Shown: positions 10,377-20,680 of the stretch, piece after piece
How positions within the stretch are numbered: the first letter of the stretch is position 1
Layout: the number at the start of each line of letters is the position of its first letter
Assembly (NCBI GenBank): GCA_020184695.1
Contig: JAANOX010000234.1
Span: 21,455-85,454 of the forward strand
Length of the DNA: 64,000 bases
Origin: Histomonas meleagridis 2922-C6/04-290x
Lineage: Eukaryota; Protista; Parabasalia
Direction: 5' to 3'
Program-made: the position numbers and the translations under genes
Notes under the pieces: generated by a model
What the model saw: only the letters and a program-made list of their open reading frames with translations
Told to the model about the DNA's origin: nothing
The model's database searches: none

Positions 10377-11365
10377 TGTGGTTCTTTTCAATATGTATGT
10401 TTAAGATAGAGACAAAAAAGGAACAAGTAGTCATCTATTTATGCCAATAAATAGGACCACATCGTTTCATTTCGTTTTTGTCGAACTTTTGTGTGAAAAT
10501 TTCAGGTGTGTTCAAATTTGAAATTAGAATTGAAATTCAAAAATAGTTTTTATGGACGCTTTTGACAATAGTTTCAATGGTTTATTGTTGCATAAAAGCC
10601 AGCGTTGTCATTTTGGTCGGCAAAAAGGTTGACCAGTCAACGGGCTTGAATATGACACTCTCAAAATTGAGATACGATCGTGTTGTAAAATTTCAGAACG
10701 ATTTGTGTGAAACACGAAAATCAAAATTACTCAAAAAATGGTAATTGTAAGATATTTGATCGTCGTTCGTGTTGAGAGGTGGAATGAAAATGTCTAACTC
10801 GACATGAGCAACTCAATTCTCTTACTTAAAAAAGCGCCAATGCAGGAAATGTCTTGAGGAAAATAAAAACTTTTTTTTTGATTATGAAATAAGATATTAT
10901 TTTTAAATGTAAAAATACTTCTTTCATGGCCATGCTTGCTTTTTTTGTTGCCTAATTTTTTTTTTGTTTTAGGTATTATGTTTTTTTGTGAATTGAGAAT
11001 TCAAATAATAATTATTTTGCTTATCAAATTTTATTCTCAATAATCCCTAAAGCTTTCCAAAGCCGTTGTTATTCATACACCATTATAGCATTTGCTTCCA
11101 ATTTTGAATATAATTAAATTTTATTAATGATTTTTTTTTTTCATGTTACTTTTGACTGCACGAGTGAGGCCATTTTGGGTATAGATAAAATTAATATGAA
11201 GTTTTAAAGAATTTCAATTAAAAAAACTATTTTTTAAATATATTATCTTCTGATGTAATTTGGCCTTACCTTCGTTTGTTTGCGCAGTTAAGTCGCCAAA
11301 ATTCTAAAAATCTAATTAAATTTGTGATTTCTTCCTGAAAAGAATTTCTTCATCTTTCACTTTTT

Positions 11366-11385
11366 AACGGTTATGGCTGACCTTT
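11366..11385 (+). promoter_or_regulatory. Trichomonad M3 (AACGGTT) plus M5 (CCTTT) core promoter of RPLP2
   Basis: M3 at 11366-11372, M5 at 11381-11385, ATG at 11392. The same 8-nt M3-M5 spacing occurs at RPS21. Confidence 0.75.
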
Positions 11386-11391
11386 CCTTAA

Positions 11392-11700
11392 ATGAAATAC
11401 ATTGCTGCATACCTTCTTGCCCAAGCCGGTGGTGATGCTTCCCCATCCAAAGAAAAGATCACAGCAATTCTCGAAAGTGTTGGAATTCAAGTTGATGCAA
11501 AGGCAATTGATGCTCTTCTTGAAAAATTAAATGGCAAGAACATCGAAGAACTCATCAAGGAAGGATCATCTAAATTAGCTGTTGTTGGTGGAGGTGCTCC
11601 AGCTGCTGCCGCTACAACTGCAGAAGTCAAGGAAGAAGAAAAGAAAGAAGAAGAAGAAGTTGTTGAAATGACTGGTGGCTTCGATGATCTCTTTGACTAA
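11392..11700 (+). CDS. RPLP2: 60S acidic ribosomal stalk protein P2
   Basis: MKYIAAYLLAQAGG, ITAILESVGI, LNGKNIEELIKEGSSKLA, Ala-rich hinge, acidic tail ending DDLFD. Confidence 0.96.
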   Translation: MKYIAAYLLAQAGGDASPSKEKITAILESVGIQVDAKAIDALLEKLNGKNIEELIKEGSSKLAVVGGGAPAAAATTAEVKEEEKKEEEEVVEMTGGFDDLFD

Positions 11701-11811
11701 GTTCATAAAACATTCATCCCATATTATTTTTATCTTTTAATTATTTCAAATTAAGCTCTTTCATCAAAGAACGTTAAGATTATCTATCGTTGGTACGTTT
11801 ACAATTTTAAA

Positions 11812-14800
11812 ATGGTGGACGTAACACCAAAAATAAACAAAACACAACAAACTTATGATACATTTATTGCATCCCCATCTTCTCGAATGGAATCGCCATT
11901 TGTCAATGTTCGTGAATATCAACAAAATGTTGCAAATTTAGAAAATGAAATATTCACATTAAAAATTCTTTTATGGCAATTAGACAGAAAAAATAGATCA
12001 TTTTTGAAGTCAAATAATGTTTCAGAAGATGTGATTGCAAAACTAATTGAACAAGAAAAAACAATTGCAAAATTAAATTCTGAAATTGGAAATAACAATA
12101 AAGATGGTAACACACTAAGTGGAAGACAATCACCTACGTTAAAAAGACAATTACAAGATGCTTTAGATGATAATATTCGTTTGCAGAAAAAACTTCAACA
12201 AAAAGAAAAACAAGAATTATTATCTGCAACTGAAAGTTCTTCTATGTTAGATAAAGGTGCTCAACTTTCTATTGATAATGTTGAACTTCGATCTCAAGTT
12301 GAAACATTAAATGCCGAAATATCAATTCTTCGTGAAGAAATAGAAAAGCTTAAACAAGAGAATGAAACATTAAAATCAAATTCCAATAATATATCAAATG
12401 AACTTAACAATAAGATTAATGATCTTCAAAATCAGAACAAAGATTTAAATAATCAAATAGATGAACTTAACAAAACTATTACCAAACTAAAAACAGAAAA
12501 TGAAAGTTTGCAAAACGAAAATGATGATCTTAATCAAACAATTAATGATTTAAGAGATGAGTTAGACAAACTTAAGCAAGAAATTAAAAGTAAAGATGAC
12601 TTAGTAAAGACTAAAGATGACGAAGCACGTGCTTTAAATCTTCAATTAAACCAACTTCAAAAAGATAATTCAACAATTATGCTCACATTGAACATTGATA
12701 ATTTCAATGAAGTCATAACTAAAATCAAAGATCTTGAAGCAGACAATGAATTCCTAAAGAACCAAAATGAAAAACTTGGAAATGCTATCGAAAGTGCTGA
12801 ATCACAAATTGATAAATATAAAAATATTATTGACGAAAAAGAAAAAGACAATGATAGTATTGAGTTCCTTCAAACAGAGAATTTGCAGTATAAAGAACAA
12901 ATTAAAGAAGCATTAAAAGAAAATGAAGAACTTAAAAAACAAATTAATGAATTACAAAAAACAAAAAGTGGATCACCGAATAATAGTTTAGTAAAAGACA
13001 ACTCAAGAATTGAGAAATTAGAAAAAGAAAACCAAAAATTGAAGAAACAAAATGAAGAATTACATCAACAAATTGATAATTTGCAAAAATCATCTTCAAT
13101 ACTTAATAGCCGAAGTTTACTTCGAGATAATTCACAAATACAAAAATTAAAGAAAGAAAATGAAGAACTTAAAAAGCAAAACGAAGAATTACATCAACAA
13201 ATTGATAATTTACAAAAATCTTCTTCGTTATTAAGTAGTAGAAGTACAACTAAAGACAACACACAAATTAGGAAATTAAAGAAAGAAAATGATGAACTTA
13301 AGCAACAAAAAGAAGAATTACTTCAACAAATTGATGAACTTCAAAAATCTTCTTCATTATTAAGTAGTAGAAGTATCACTAAAGATAATACACAAATTAG
13401 GAAATTAAAGAAAGAAAATGATGAACTTAAGCAACAAAAAGAAGAATTACTTCAACAAATTGATGAATTGCAAAAATCCTCTTTATTAAAGAGTAACATT
13501 TCTATTGATGAAATTTCACAAATACAAAAATTAAAGAAAGAAAACGAAGAACTTAAACAACAAAAGGAAGAATTAAGGCAACAAATTGATAATTTACAAA
13601 AATCTTCTTCATTATTAAGTAGTAGAAGTAAAACCAAAGAAAATACTCAAATTAAGAAATTAAAGAAAGAAAATGATGAACTTAAGCAACAGAAAGAAGA
13701 ATTACTTCAACAAATTGATGATTTACAAAAATCCTCTTTATTAAAGAGTAATAACAATAGTTCAATTAGAAGCAATTCTCAAATTCAAAAATTGAAGAAA
13801 GAAAATGATGAACTTAAAAAGAAAATCAATAATTTACAGAAAAATAATGAAAACAATTCAAAATCATTAGATGACACACAAATAATTGCAAGTATTTCAA
13901 GTAGTATTTCACAACCTAATAATTATTATGAACTTATGAAAAATTATCAACAAATCATCAAAGAAAATGAAGAGCTTAAAGACAAAATTAAAGAACTACA
14001 AGAAGGTAATACTGAACTTGCAAGTAGTGAAATGTTTGATGAAGAAACTTCACAACTAAAGAAGAAATATCAAACTTTGTTAAATGAAAATAAAGAACTT
14101 GAAAATGAAGTCAAAATATTAAAAGAAAATAATTCTTCAAATAATAATTCTAAATTTGAAGAAATGGAACATTCACAAATGAAGAAACAAATACAAAAAT
14201 TAATGGAAGAAAACCAAATTTTAATTAAGCAAATTAAACAACTTAAAGAAAAAAATAGTTTTGATGAACAATCACGAAGTTATCAACCAAAAGATTTTAG
14301 TAAAAGTATGAATTCATTTATTGAAAATGCTAAAATAAAAGAATTACAAAAACAAAATAAAGAATTAAAAGAACAACTTGAAAGCATTCAAGAAAAATCT
14401 AAAAATAATTATATTGAAAAATATAATTTGTTATTTGAGCAATCATGTAAATTAAGTTTGAGACAAGAAGAATTTAAACAATATATTGATAATATTTCAA
14501 AGAATAAATTTGATTATAACATACAAATTTCATCAGAAATGTTATCTTCTCCTTTAAATACTAATTCACCTGTTGCGATAATTAAAAGTAGAGTTAAAAA
14601 CTTAAAAGATAAAAATCAAAAAATTAATAATGATCTTGAGCAATTACAAAATGAATTTGTTGATAAAGCATTTGAAACTTTATGTAAACAAGAAAATAAA
14701 ATTAATTCATTAAATTCATCAAATAATAAACTAAAAGAAAAAATTAACGAATTACAAAATCAAATTTTAATTATACAATCAGAAAATATTGAGTTAGTAA

Positions 14801-16374
14801 ATGAAAATGATAAACTTCATTTAAACTCAAAGAACAATGAAAAAGTTATTAATCTACAAACACAAATACAAAATTTACAAATTAAAAATAAAGAACTTAT
14901 TCAAGAAAATGAAGAAATGAAAGAACAAATTGAAACAAATCAGCAACAAATTGAAAAACTTAATGAAAATAATATTAAATTATCAAATAATATTAAAACT
15001 TTACGTTCTTCACAAGATAAAAATTCGAATCTTAATGAAAATCAAATTAAAGAGTATAAAAATCAAATCGAAATTTTAACAAAAGAAAATACTAATTTAT
15101 CAAATCAAATAACAAAACAATTAACATCACTAAAAAGAAATGAAACATTAATTAATGAGCTTCAACAACAAATTGAAATTCTTAAAAACGAAAATACTGA
15201 TTTAGTAAATGAAAATGATTTACTTCGTATAAATAATAACAAAAATAATAAAAATAATAAAAATAATTCTTCATCAATACAAACGAAAGAAGAAATTAAA
15301 CAACTCCAAATGCAAATTGAAATAATAAATAATGAAAAAAATGATTTAATAAAAGAAATCGATCGATTAAATGCACAAAATAAACAACAAAATGTTGATT
15401 TTAAAGATCAAATCCAAACACTTCAAACCAAGAATAAAAGTCTTTCAAGTGAAATTACATCATTAAAAGTACAAATTTCTTCATTTGTTTCACCAATTAA
15501 AAATAATAATAATAATTTTGATAAAAATCAAATTAATGAATTAAAGCAAAAAATTTCATTACTTGAAGAAGAAAATAAAAGATTAAAACAAACAAAAACT
15601 GTTCTTGGAAGTCCACATCAACAAGAACAAATCCTTGAAGATCAACAACAAATTGAAATACTTCTAAAAGAAAAACAAGTTTTAACCAAACAAATTATAG
15701 TTATAAAGCAATTTATTAATAAAAACATAAAAACTTTATTCCAAAATCTTTATAAACAAAATGAAAAAATTAAATCAGAATTTGAAGAATTTAAAAATAT
15801 TTGTAAACAAATGTTTGAAGATATTAAAAAAGCAGCGATGATATGTATACAAAGTTCAATTAAAATTAATAAAATATATTCAAAAGCGCCATTAACTCGT
15901 GAAGAACGTAAAAGAATAACAATAATACAACAAAAATGGAATAGTAAAGTAAGTAAAAGTCTTGCTCATTTCATTGATGAAGAAAATGAAAAAAGTTTTC
16001 TAAACGCAAATGTTTCAAAAGTTACAAATATAAATGGAAATAGTTTTATATATTTACAATGCCAAAGATTAATAAATTCAATTTGGAGCGCATTTGGAAA
16101 TAAATCTGGTGAAGAACCAAAAATAACTGAAATTAAGTCAACGAAAGAAATACAAAAAATTATTACAAATGTTGTAAAGATGCAACATATTGGCGTGATT
16201 AACTTACAGAGTCAAATAGAAGATTTAGAAGAAAAAGGCGATGGATTGAATCCTAAAATTTCGGGTTTAATTTCTAATTTCAAAAAAGAAGTGCGGACTT
16301 ATAGAACTGTTTTACATAATGACCATCAGCAATTGATGTTAGCTATATCTACCAAAGAAAATGAATTTTTGTAA
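11812..16374 (+). CDS. Giant coiled-coil protein with an N-terminal centrosomin motif 1 (CM1/gamma-TuNA)-like segment
   Basis: 1520-aa heptad-rich ORF. Residues 31-59 NVREYQQNVANLENEIFTLKILLWQLDRK align without gaps to the CM1 consensus. Confidence 0.7.
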   Translation: MVDVTPKINKTQQTYDTFIASPSSRMESPFVNVREYQQNVANLENEIFTLKILLWQLDRKNRSFLKSNNVSEDVIAKLIEQEKTIAKLNSEIGNNNKDGNTLSGRQSPTLKRQLQDALDDNIRLQKKLQQKEKQELLSATESSSMLDKGAQLSIDNVELRSQVETLNAEISILREEIEKLKQENETLKSNSNNISNELNNKINDLQNQNKDLNNQIDELNKTITKLKTENESLQNENDDLNQTINDLRDELDKLKQEIKSKDDLVKTKDDEARALNLQLNQLQKDNSTIMLTLNIDNFNEVITKIKDLEADNEFLKNQNEKLGNAIESAESQIDKYKNIIDEKEKDNDSIEFLQTENLQYKEQIKEALKENEELKKQINELQKTKSGSPNNSLVKDNSRIEKLEKENQKLKKQNEELHQQIDNLQKSSSILNSRSLLRDNSQIQKLKKENEELKKQNEELHQQIDNLQKSSSLLSSRSTTKDNTQIRKLKKENDELKQQKEELLQQIDELQKSSSLLSSRSITKDNTQIRKLKKENDELKQQKEELLQQIDELQKSSLLKSNISIDEISQIQKLKKENEELKQQKEELRQQIDNLQKSSSLLSSRSKTKENTQIKKLKKENDELKQQKEELLQQIDDLQKSSLLKSNNNSSIRSNSQIQKLKKENDELKKKINNLQKNNENNSKSLDDTQIIASISSSISQPNNYYELMKNYQQIIKENEELKDKIKELQEGNTELASSEMFDEETSQLKKKYQTLLNENKELENEVKILKENNSSNNNSKFEEMEHSQMKKQIQKLMEENQILIKQIKQLKEKNSFDEQSRSYQPKDFSKSMNSFIENAKIKELQKQNKELKEQLESIQEKSKNNYIEKYNLLFEQSCKLSLRQEEFKQYIDNISKNKFDYNIQISSEMLSSPLNTNSPVAIIKSRVKNLKDKNQKINNDLEQLQNEFVDKAFETLCKQENKINSLNSSNNKLKEKINELQNQILIIQSENIELVNENDKLHLNSKNNEKVINLQTQIQNLQIKNKELIQENEEMKEQIETNQQQIEKLNENNIKLSNNIKTLRSSQDKNSNLNENQIKEYKNQIEILTKENTNLSNQITKQLTSLKRNETLINELQQQIEILKNENTDLVNENDLLRINNNKNNKNNKNNSSSIQTKEEIKQLQMQIEIINNEKNDLIKEIDRLNAQNKQQNVDFKDQIQTLQTKNKSLSSEITSLKVQISSFVSPIKNNNNNFDKNQINELKQKISLLEEENKRLKQTKTVLGSPHQQEQILEDQQQIEILLKEKQVLTKQIIVIKQFINKNIKTLFQNLYKQNEKIKSEFEEFKNICKQMFEDIKKAAMICIQSSIKINKIYSKAPLTREERKRITIIQQKWNSKVSKSLAHFIDEENEKSFLNANVSKVTNINGNSFIYLQCQRLINSIWSAFGNKSGEEPKITEIKSTKEIQKIITNVVKMQHIGVINLQSQIEDLEEKGDGLNPKISGLISNFKKEVRTYRTVLHNDHQQLMLAISTKENEFL
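12995..13830 (+). repeat. About 129-bp (43-aa) coding tandem repeat, 6 full copies plus 1 partial
   Basis: Unit KDNTQIRKLKKENDELKQQKEELLQQIDELQKSSSLLSSRSIT; adjacent unit starts at 13252 and 13381. Confidence 0.9.
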
Positions 16375-17008
16375 TAAATATTTTTTTTAATATTTTTTGA
16401 TATTAATTCAATTTAGCTAAAATCATTCGAAAAATTAAAATTGTTCCATGTTCACTAATTATCTTTCAAATGAATAACATTATTCAGTATATATTTATAT
16501 TCCTCGTAAATTTGCTCTTCAAGAGAAGTTTTGAAATCATACCCAAATAATTCTGTTTTTTAACCTAGTTATTTTTATGAAACTTATTAATAAATTGAAA
16601 AAATAATGTTACTGGAAAATATTTGACTTCCAAAAGACATATTATTCGAAAAAATTTATGGGAAAGTTTAATTTGATATTATTGAAGATGTAAGATTGCA
16701 AAAGAAATTTGGATTGGATTTATCATTATTTTATGGAAAGCCTGCTAAAAATGGAAACAATAAAAAGAAAGGAAATTTTAAGGTTAACTTAAAAACAACA
16801 GAACCTTGGATCGAAACAGATAAAACGGAGACAATTATTGTAGTAACTGCACTTTTAATCATTGTTAATGCAACAATCATTTTTTTATTATTGAATCAAA
16901 ACCACACCAAATCAACTCTTCATATGTTTACACATTTAAAGATATTATATATATACATAACCATTTCATAAACGCACAACAGAAAATGTCCACAAAGTTA
17001 TGATAGTT

Positions 17009-18865
17009 TTACTTTTCATATTTCTCTTCCATGTTAATCATTGGATCAGTCATAAATTTTATTTTATCATTTTCCTTCTTCTTTCTTGTTATCACACACA
17101 CAACAATGATTCCGATCACTACTACTGCCGCTCCGACAGATAATCCGATTGTCAAGCCCTTTTTAAATTTCATTATAACGTCATCATGCGGACATTCGTT
17201 GAGAATTTCGTTCTTCTTAACGAATTTATCACAGAAGAATCCTCCTTCGTAAGAATGCGCCACCATTACTTTTTCGATTTTATTATCACTTCCAAATCCT
17301 GGTGAAGATGTACCATAATAATATACACATTTTAAGTTAATGCACTTAATAAATGCATAATATCCAATATAACGAACATTTTCTCTGATAATCAAATTGA
17401 CCAAATTTTTAGCATTAGCAAATGCTCGATTTGCAATTTTAGTAACAAAAATTGGTGTTTCTAATGTTTCGTCAGTAATTAATGGTGGATAACGAATTAT
17501 TGTTGAATGATTTTTATTCCAAAGTATTACATCGCCATTTAAATTGGAAAAAACCGGATTTTCTTCAGATACTTAAATGGATAATATATTGTTGCATGAT
17601 TCAAATGCTTTTGATTCAATTGTTGTTAATGATTTGGATATTGTAATATATGTTAAATTTATACAATTATAAAATGCTTTGTCTCCAATAAATTGTACAT
17701 TTGGCCCAAGTGTTAATTCTCTTAAGCCTTCACATTCATAAAATGCATAAGGTCCAATATTTTGTAGATTCGTTCCAAGTGTTAATTCCTTTAATTTTTC
17801 ACATAAACTAAATGCATTTATTTCAATTATTTGTACACTTTCACCTAAAGTAACTTTCTCTAAATTGTGACATTTCATAAATGAACGTTCGCCAATCGTT
17901 TTAACATTATCACTAATTATAACTTCTCTTAAACTTTTACAATAATAAAATGCTTCTTCATCAATTCTTTCGATTCCTTTTCCAAATTGAACCGTTTCTA
18001 AATTTAAACATTGAATAAATCCTCTTTTATAAATTGCTTTAACTGAATCTGGAATAATAATATTTATTAAGTTACATCCCTCAAATAAACTTTCCCCAAT
18101 GAATGTAAGTGAATTAGATAATTTAACATATGTTAAATTTGAACAGCCAAGAAATGTATTGTTGCCAATTGTGGTCACTGAATCTGGAATTGTGATATTA
18201 TTTAACAGTTTACAATCTGAAAATGCTGATTCGCCAATAGTTTTTAATTGATTACCAAATTCAATTTTTTGTAATAAACAAGATTTAAAGGCTCCGAGTC
18301 CTATCGATTTGACTGAGTTTGGAATTCGAACTTCTTTGAGACCTGAATAAGTAAATGTGAATTGTTCAATGATTTCAATACCTTCAGAGATGTTAATTGT
18401 ACTGAGAGAAGCACATAATGCAAACGCAGTACGACCAATTGACGTTACTGTGGTTGGAATTTTGATATCAGTCAAATGAGCGCAAAGAGAAAAAGCTTTT
18501 GGGCTAATGGTTTGGAGACTTTGACCTAATTCAATATTTTCGAGGAAATTACAAAAGCAGAATGCGCCAGTTCCAATGAAGGTGACTGATTGTAGATAAA
18601 CTTTTTTTACAGTAGAGCTTGCAAATGATTCATTTCCAATCGTTGTAATTGTTGATCCACACTTGATTGTCTCTAATTTCATCCAGCTGTAAAATGATTG
18701 TTCTGGAATAGTTGTAACATCATCGGCAAATTGAAGTGTTTTTGTATCATTTTTATATTCCTTGTAAGTTCCTTTCTCGAGATCAGTAAGATTAACGATT
18801 AAGGTTCCATTTTCTTTAAAGAATTCTTGGTAAGAGAAAAAAAAGAAAAAAGAAAAAAGCAACAT
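17009..18865 (-). pseudogene. BspA-like (TpLRR/LRR_5) surface protein, one gene interrupted by a single in-frame TAA at 17573-17575
   Basis: Signal-like N-terminus and many xIPxSVxxIGxxAFxxC repeats. Reading through the TAA gives ILSI*VSEENPVFSNLNGDVILWNKNHSTIIRYP..., in frame (168 nt) with the 17009..17404 ORF that carries the TM helix and RKKK. Confidence 0.85.
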
Positions 18866-19338
18866 AAATTCGCACTCTCAAACAGGAAAAAACCGTCCAT
18901 TTGAACTGTAAGGACTTCAATAACTCGATCCGGCATATTGAAAATTGAATTATACTAGCGGTTGTATAACAGTTTTGGTCAAATTGACTATGCTTGTTCG
19001 ATTACAAATTTTACCAAAAGCATTTTTATTCTACAGATTGGAATGAATTTTATAAAATTACTCTAAGTCGATCATGAATTGTGTTTATTTTGCCTCTTTT
19101 ATTTTTTCTTCCTTTGGTTCCCGTGTACACAATCGGCAAGAGATCGGCTCCACTAAGTCCTAGCTATAAACTGAAAACATTTTCATTGCTACCTAAAATT
19201 CTGGAAATTTGGCAAACAGAAAAACTATCTTGATCACAAAAAATTGTTTCTTCTTTGTGTAAAAAGTTATCTTTGTGAAATTTTATTCTAATCGAAAAAT
19301 TGATTATTTAATTATGAATATATTTTGTAGAATCGGAT

Positions 19339-19410
19339 TCCGATATCGTTCATCGGTTAGGATATGTGGTTTTCATCCACGGGAGCGGGGTTCGACTCCC
19401 CGTATCGGAA
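19339..19410 (+). tRNA. tRNA-Glu (anticodon TTC)
   Basis: Cloverleaf: TCCGATA/TATCGGA acceptor, GTTC/GGAT D-stem, TGTGG-TTTTCAT-CCACG anticodon arm, CGGGG-TTCGACT-CCCCG T-arm; T-tract at 19415-19421. Confidence 0.95.
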
Positions 19411-19425
19411 TTAATTTTTTTCATT

Positions 19426-20550
19426 ATGAATAATGAAGAAATAAATTTGGATCTTGTTTTACCTCATGACAAAAAGATTCAAATGGATTACTTTTTTAAC
19501 TACCCCTGTATATTTAATTTAAATCTTTCTGGTTATGCTTATGAATATATTCCATTATCAATTTCCCAATGTGTTCTTCTTCAATCCGTAGATTTAACTT
19601 TCACACCATTTGACCGACCTCCGTATATACTCTTTAGCCTCCCAAAGCTACGTGCACATCCACAAAATATTACTTTTGGTGAAGGACATAAATGTACGCC
19701 TCGACTTATGTATAATATTATCAAAGAAGCTACCTCATCTCTTTCACAGATTGTCATTTCGTATAAAGATTTTGATCGTAATATAAAAAAAATTTCAATT
19801 TCACCACAAATTACATTATTAGATTTTATAAATCTTGTTCACCCTGATCTTATTCATCTATGCGATTATCTTTTTTTAGTTCGGACTTTCGACAAATATG
19901 CACTCAAACTGATTCCTGAAGATATTCCAATGTCCCTCTTTTTTTATCCAGGGTCTATATGGTCTCTTGAGCTTCGCTATCTTCCACAGTCACTTCCTAG
20001 ACCATGTTTTCCACTTCTTGTTGATTTTTTAAGCACTTTTTCGGATAAAGATATATCTGATGATTTATATAAACGTTCCAAATCCTTATCAGTTGAATCC
20101 ATGAATCAATTTCTCTCTGATTTCTTTGGCAATAAACAACTTTCTACACTCAGTTTCAATATCATTTTGCAAAATGATACATATTTGAAACTGAATATTA
20201 CTGCCAATGGACGTGTATCTTTAGAATGTCCTGAGGAATATTATTATGACTTCGATATTCATGGCGTTTCCCTCAGTTATGTTGATGGGAAGCCATTGAT
20301 TTTGTTTGGCGGAAAGGCATTAGTTCTTTCTAAGACTTGTATTCCAAATTTGCTTAGCATTGCTTCTTATTTCACGCCAACTTATCCCTCCAATACTTTG
20401 AATAATATAAATTTGGATTTTAGGGCTTTGGTTGATTTGAGTAATTTTAGAATGCAAAGTAATGTTAACGTTGAAAATTATGATGAAGAATTAAAGAAAT
20501 TGAGAAATGTTAAATCACTGTTTAAAAGAGTTCCAAAAAATACTAAATAA
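19426..20550 (+). CDS. Hypothetical protein with short N-terminal LRR-like repeats (374 aa); true start is ATG 19426, not the GTG inside the tRNA
   Basis: TCATT Inr immediately before ATG 19426; LNLSGYAYEYIPLSISQCVLLQSVDLTFTPFDRPPYILFSLPKL is LRR-like. Confidence 0.7.
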   Translation: MNNEEINLDLVLPHDKKIQMDYFFNYPCIFNLNLSGYAYEYIPLSISQCVLLQSVDLTFTPFDRPPYILFSLPKLRAHPQNITFGEGHKCTPRLMYNIIKEATSSLSQIVISYKDFDRNIKKISISPQITLLDFINLVHPDLIHLCDYLFLVRTFDKYALKLIPEDIPMSLFFYPGSIWSLELRYLPQSLPRPCFPLLVDFLSTFSDKDISDDLYKRSKSLSVESMNQFLSDFFGNKQLSTLSFNIILQNDTYLKLNITANGRVSLECPEEYYYDFDIHGVSLSYVDGKPLILFGGKALVLSKTCIPNLLSIASYFTPTYPSNTLNNINLDFRALVDLSNFRMQSNVNVENYDEELKKLRNVKSLFKRVPKNTK

Positions 20551-20680
20551 AATTTGTTTATTTTATTCTTTTATTCTTTTTTTATCTTTGTTTCGTTTAT
20601 ATATTCATAAATAATAATTTTAATTTTATATGTTCATTAAATAAAAGTAAAGCAAAATATTAATTTAACATTAAAAACAT

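Noticed and set aside
10741-10860. Possible structured ncRNA (ATGTC-taactc-GACAT hairpin, locally higher GC)
   Set aside because: Weak stems, no C/D or H/ACA boxes and no snRNA motif recognised. An Infernal/Rfam search would be needed.
16696-16971. 91-aa ORF with a hydrophobic stretch
   Set aside because: TTG start, AT-rich, lies in the BspA-1 downstream gap; likely chance.
19366-19425. N-terminal 20 codons of the 394-aa ORF
   Set aside because: They lie inside tRNA-Glu. The ATG at 19426 follows a proper Inr.
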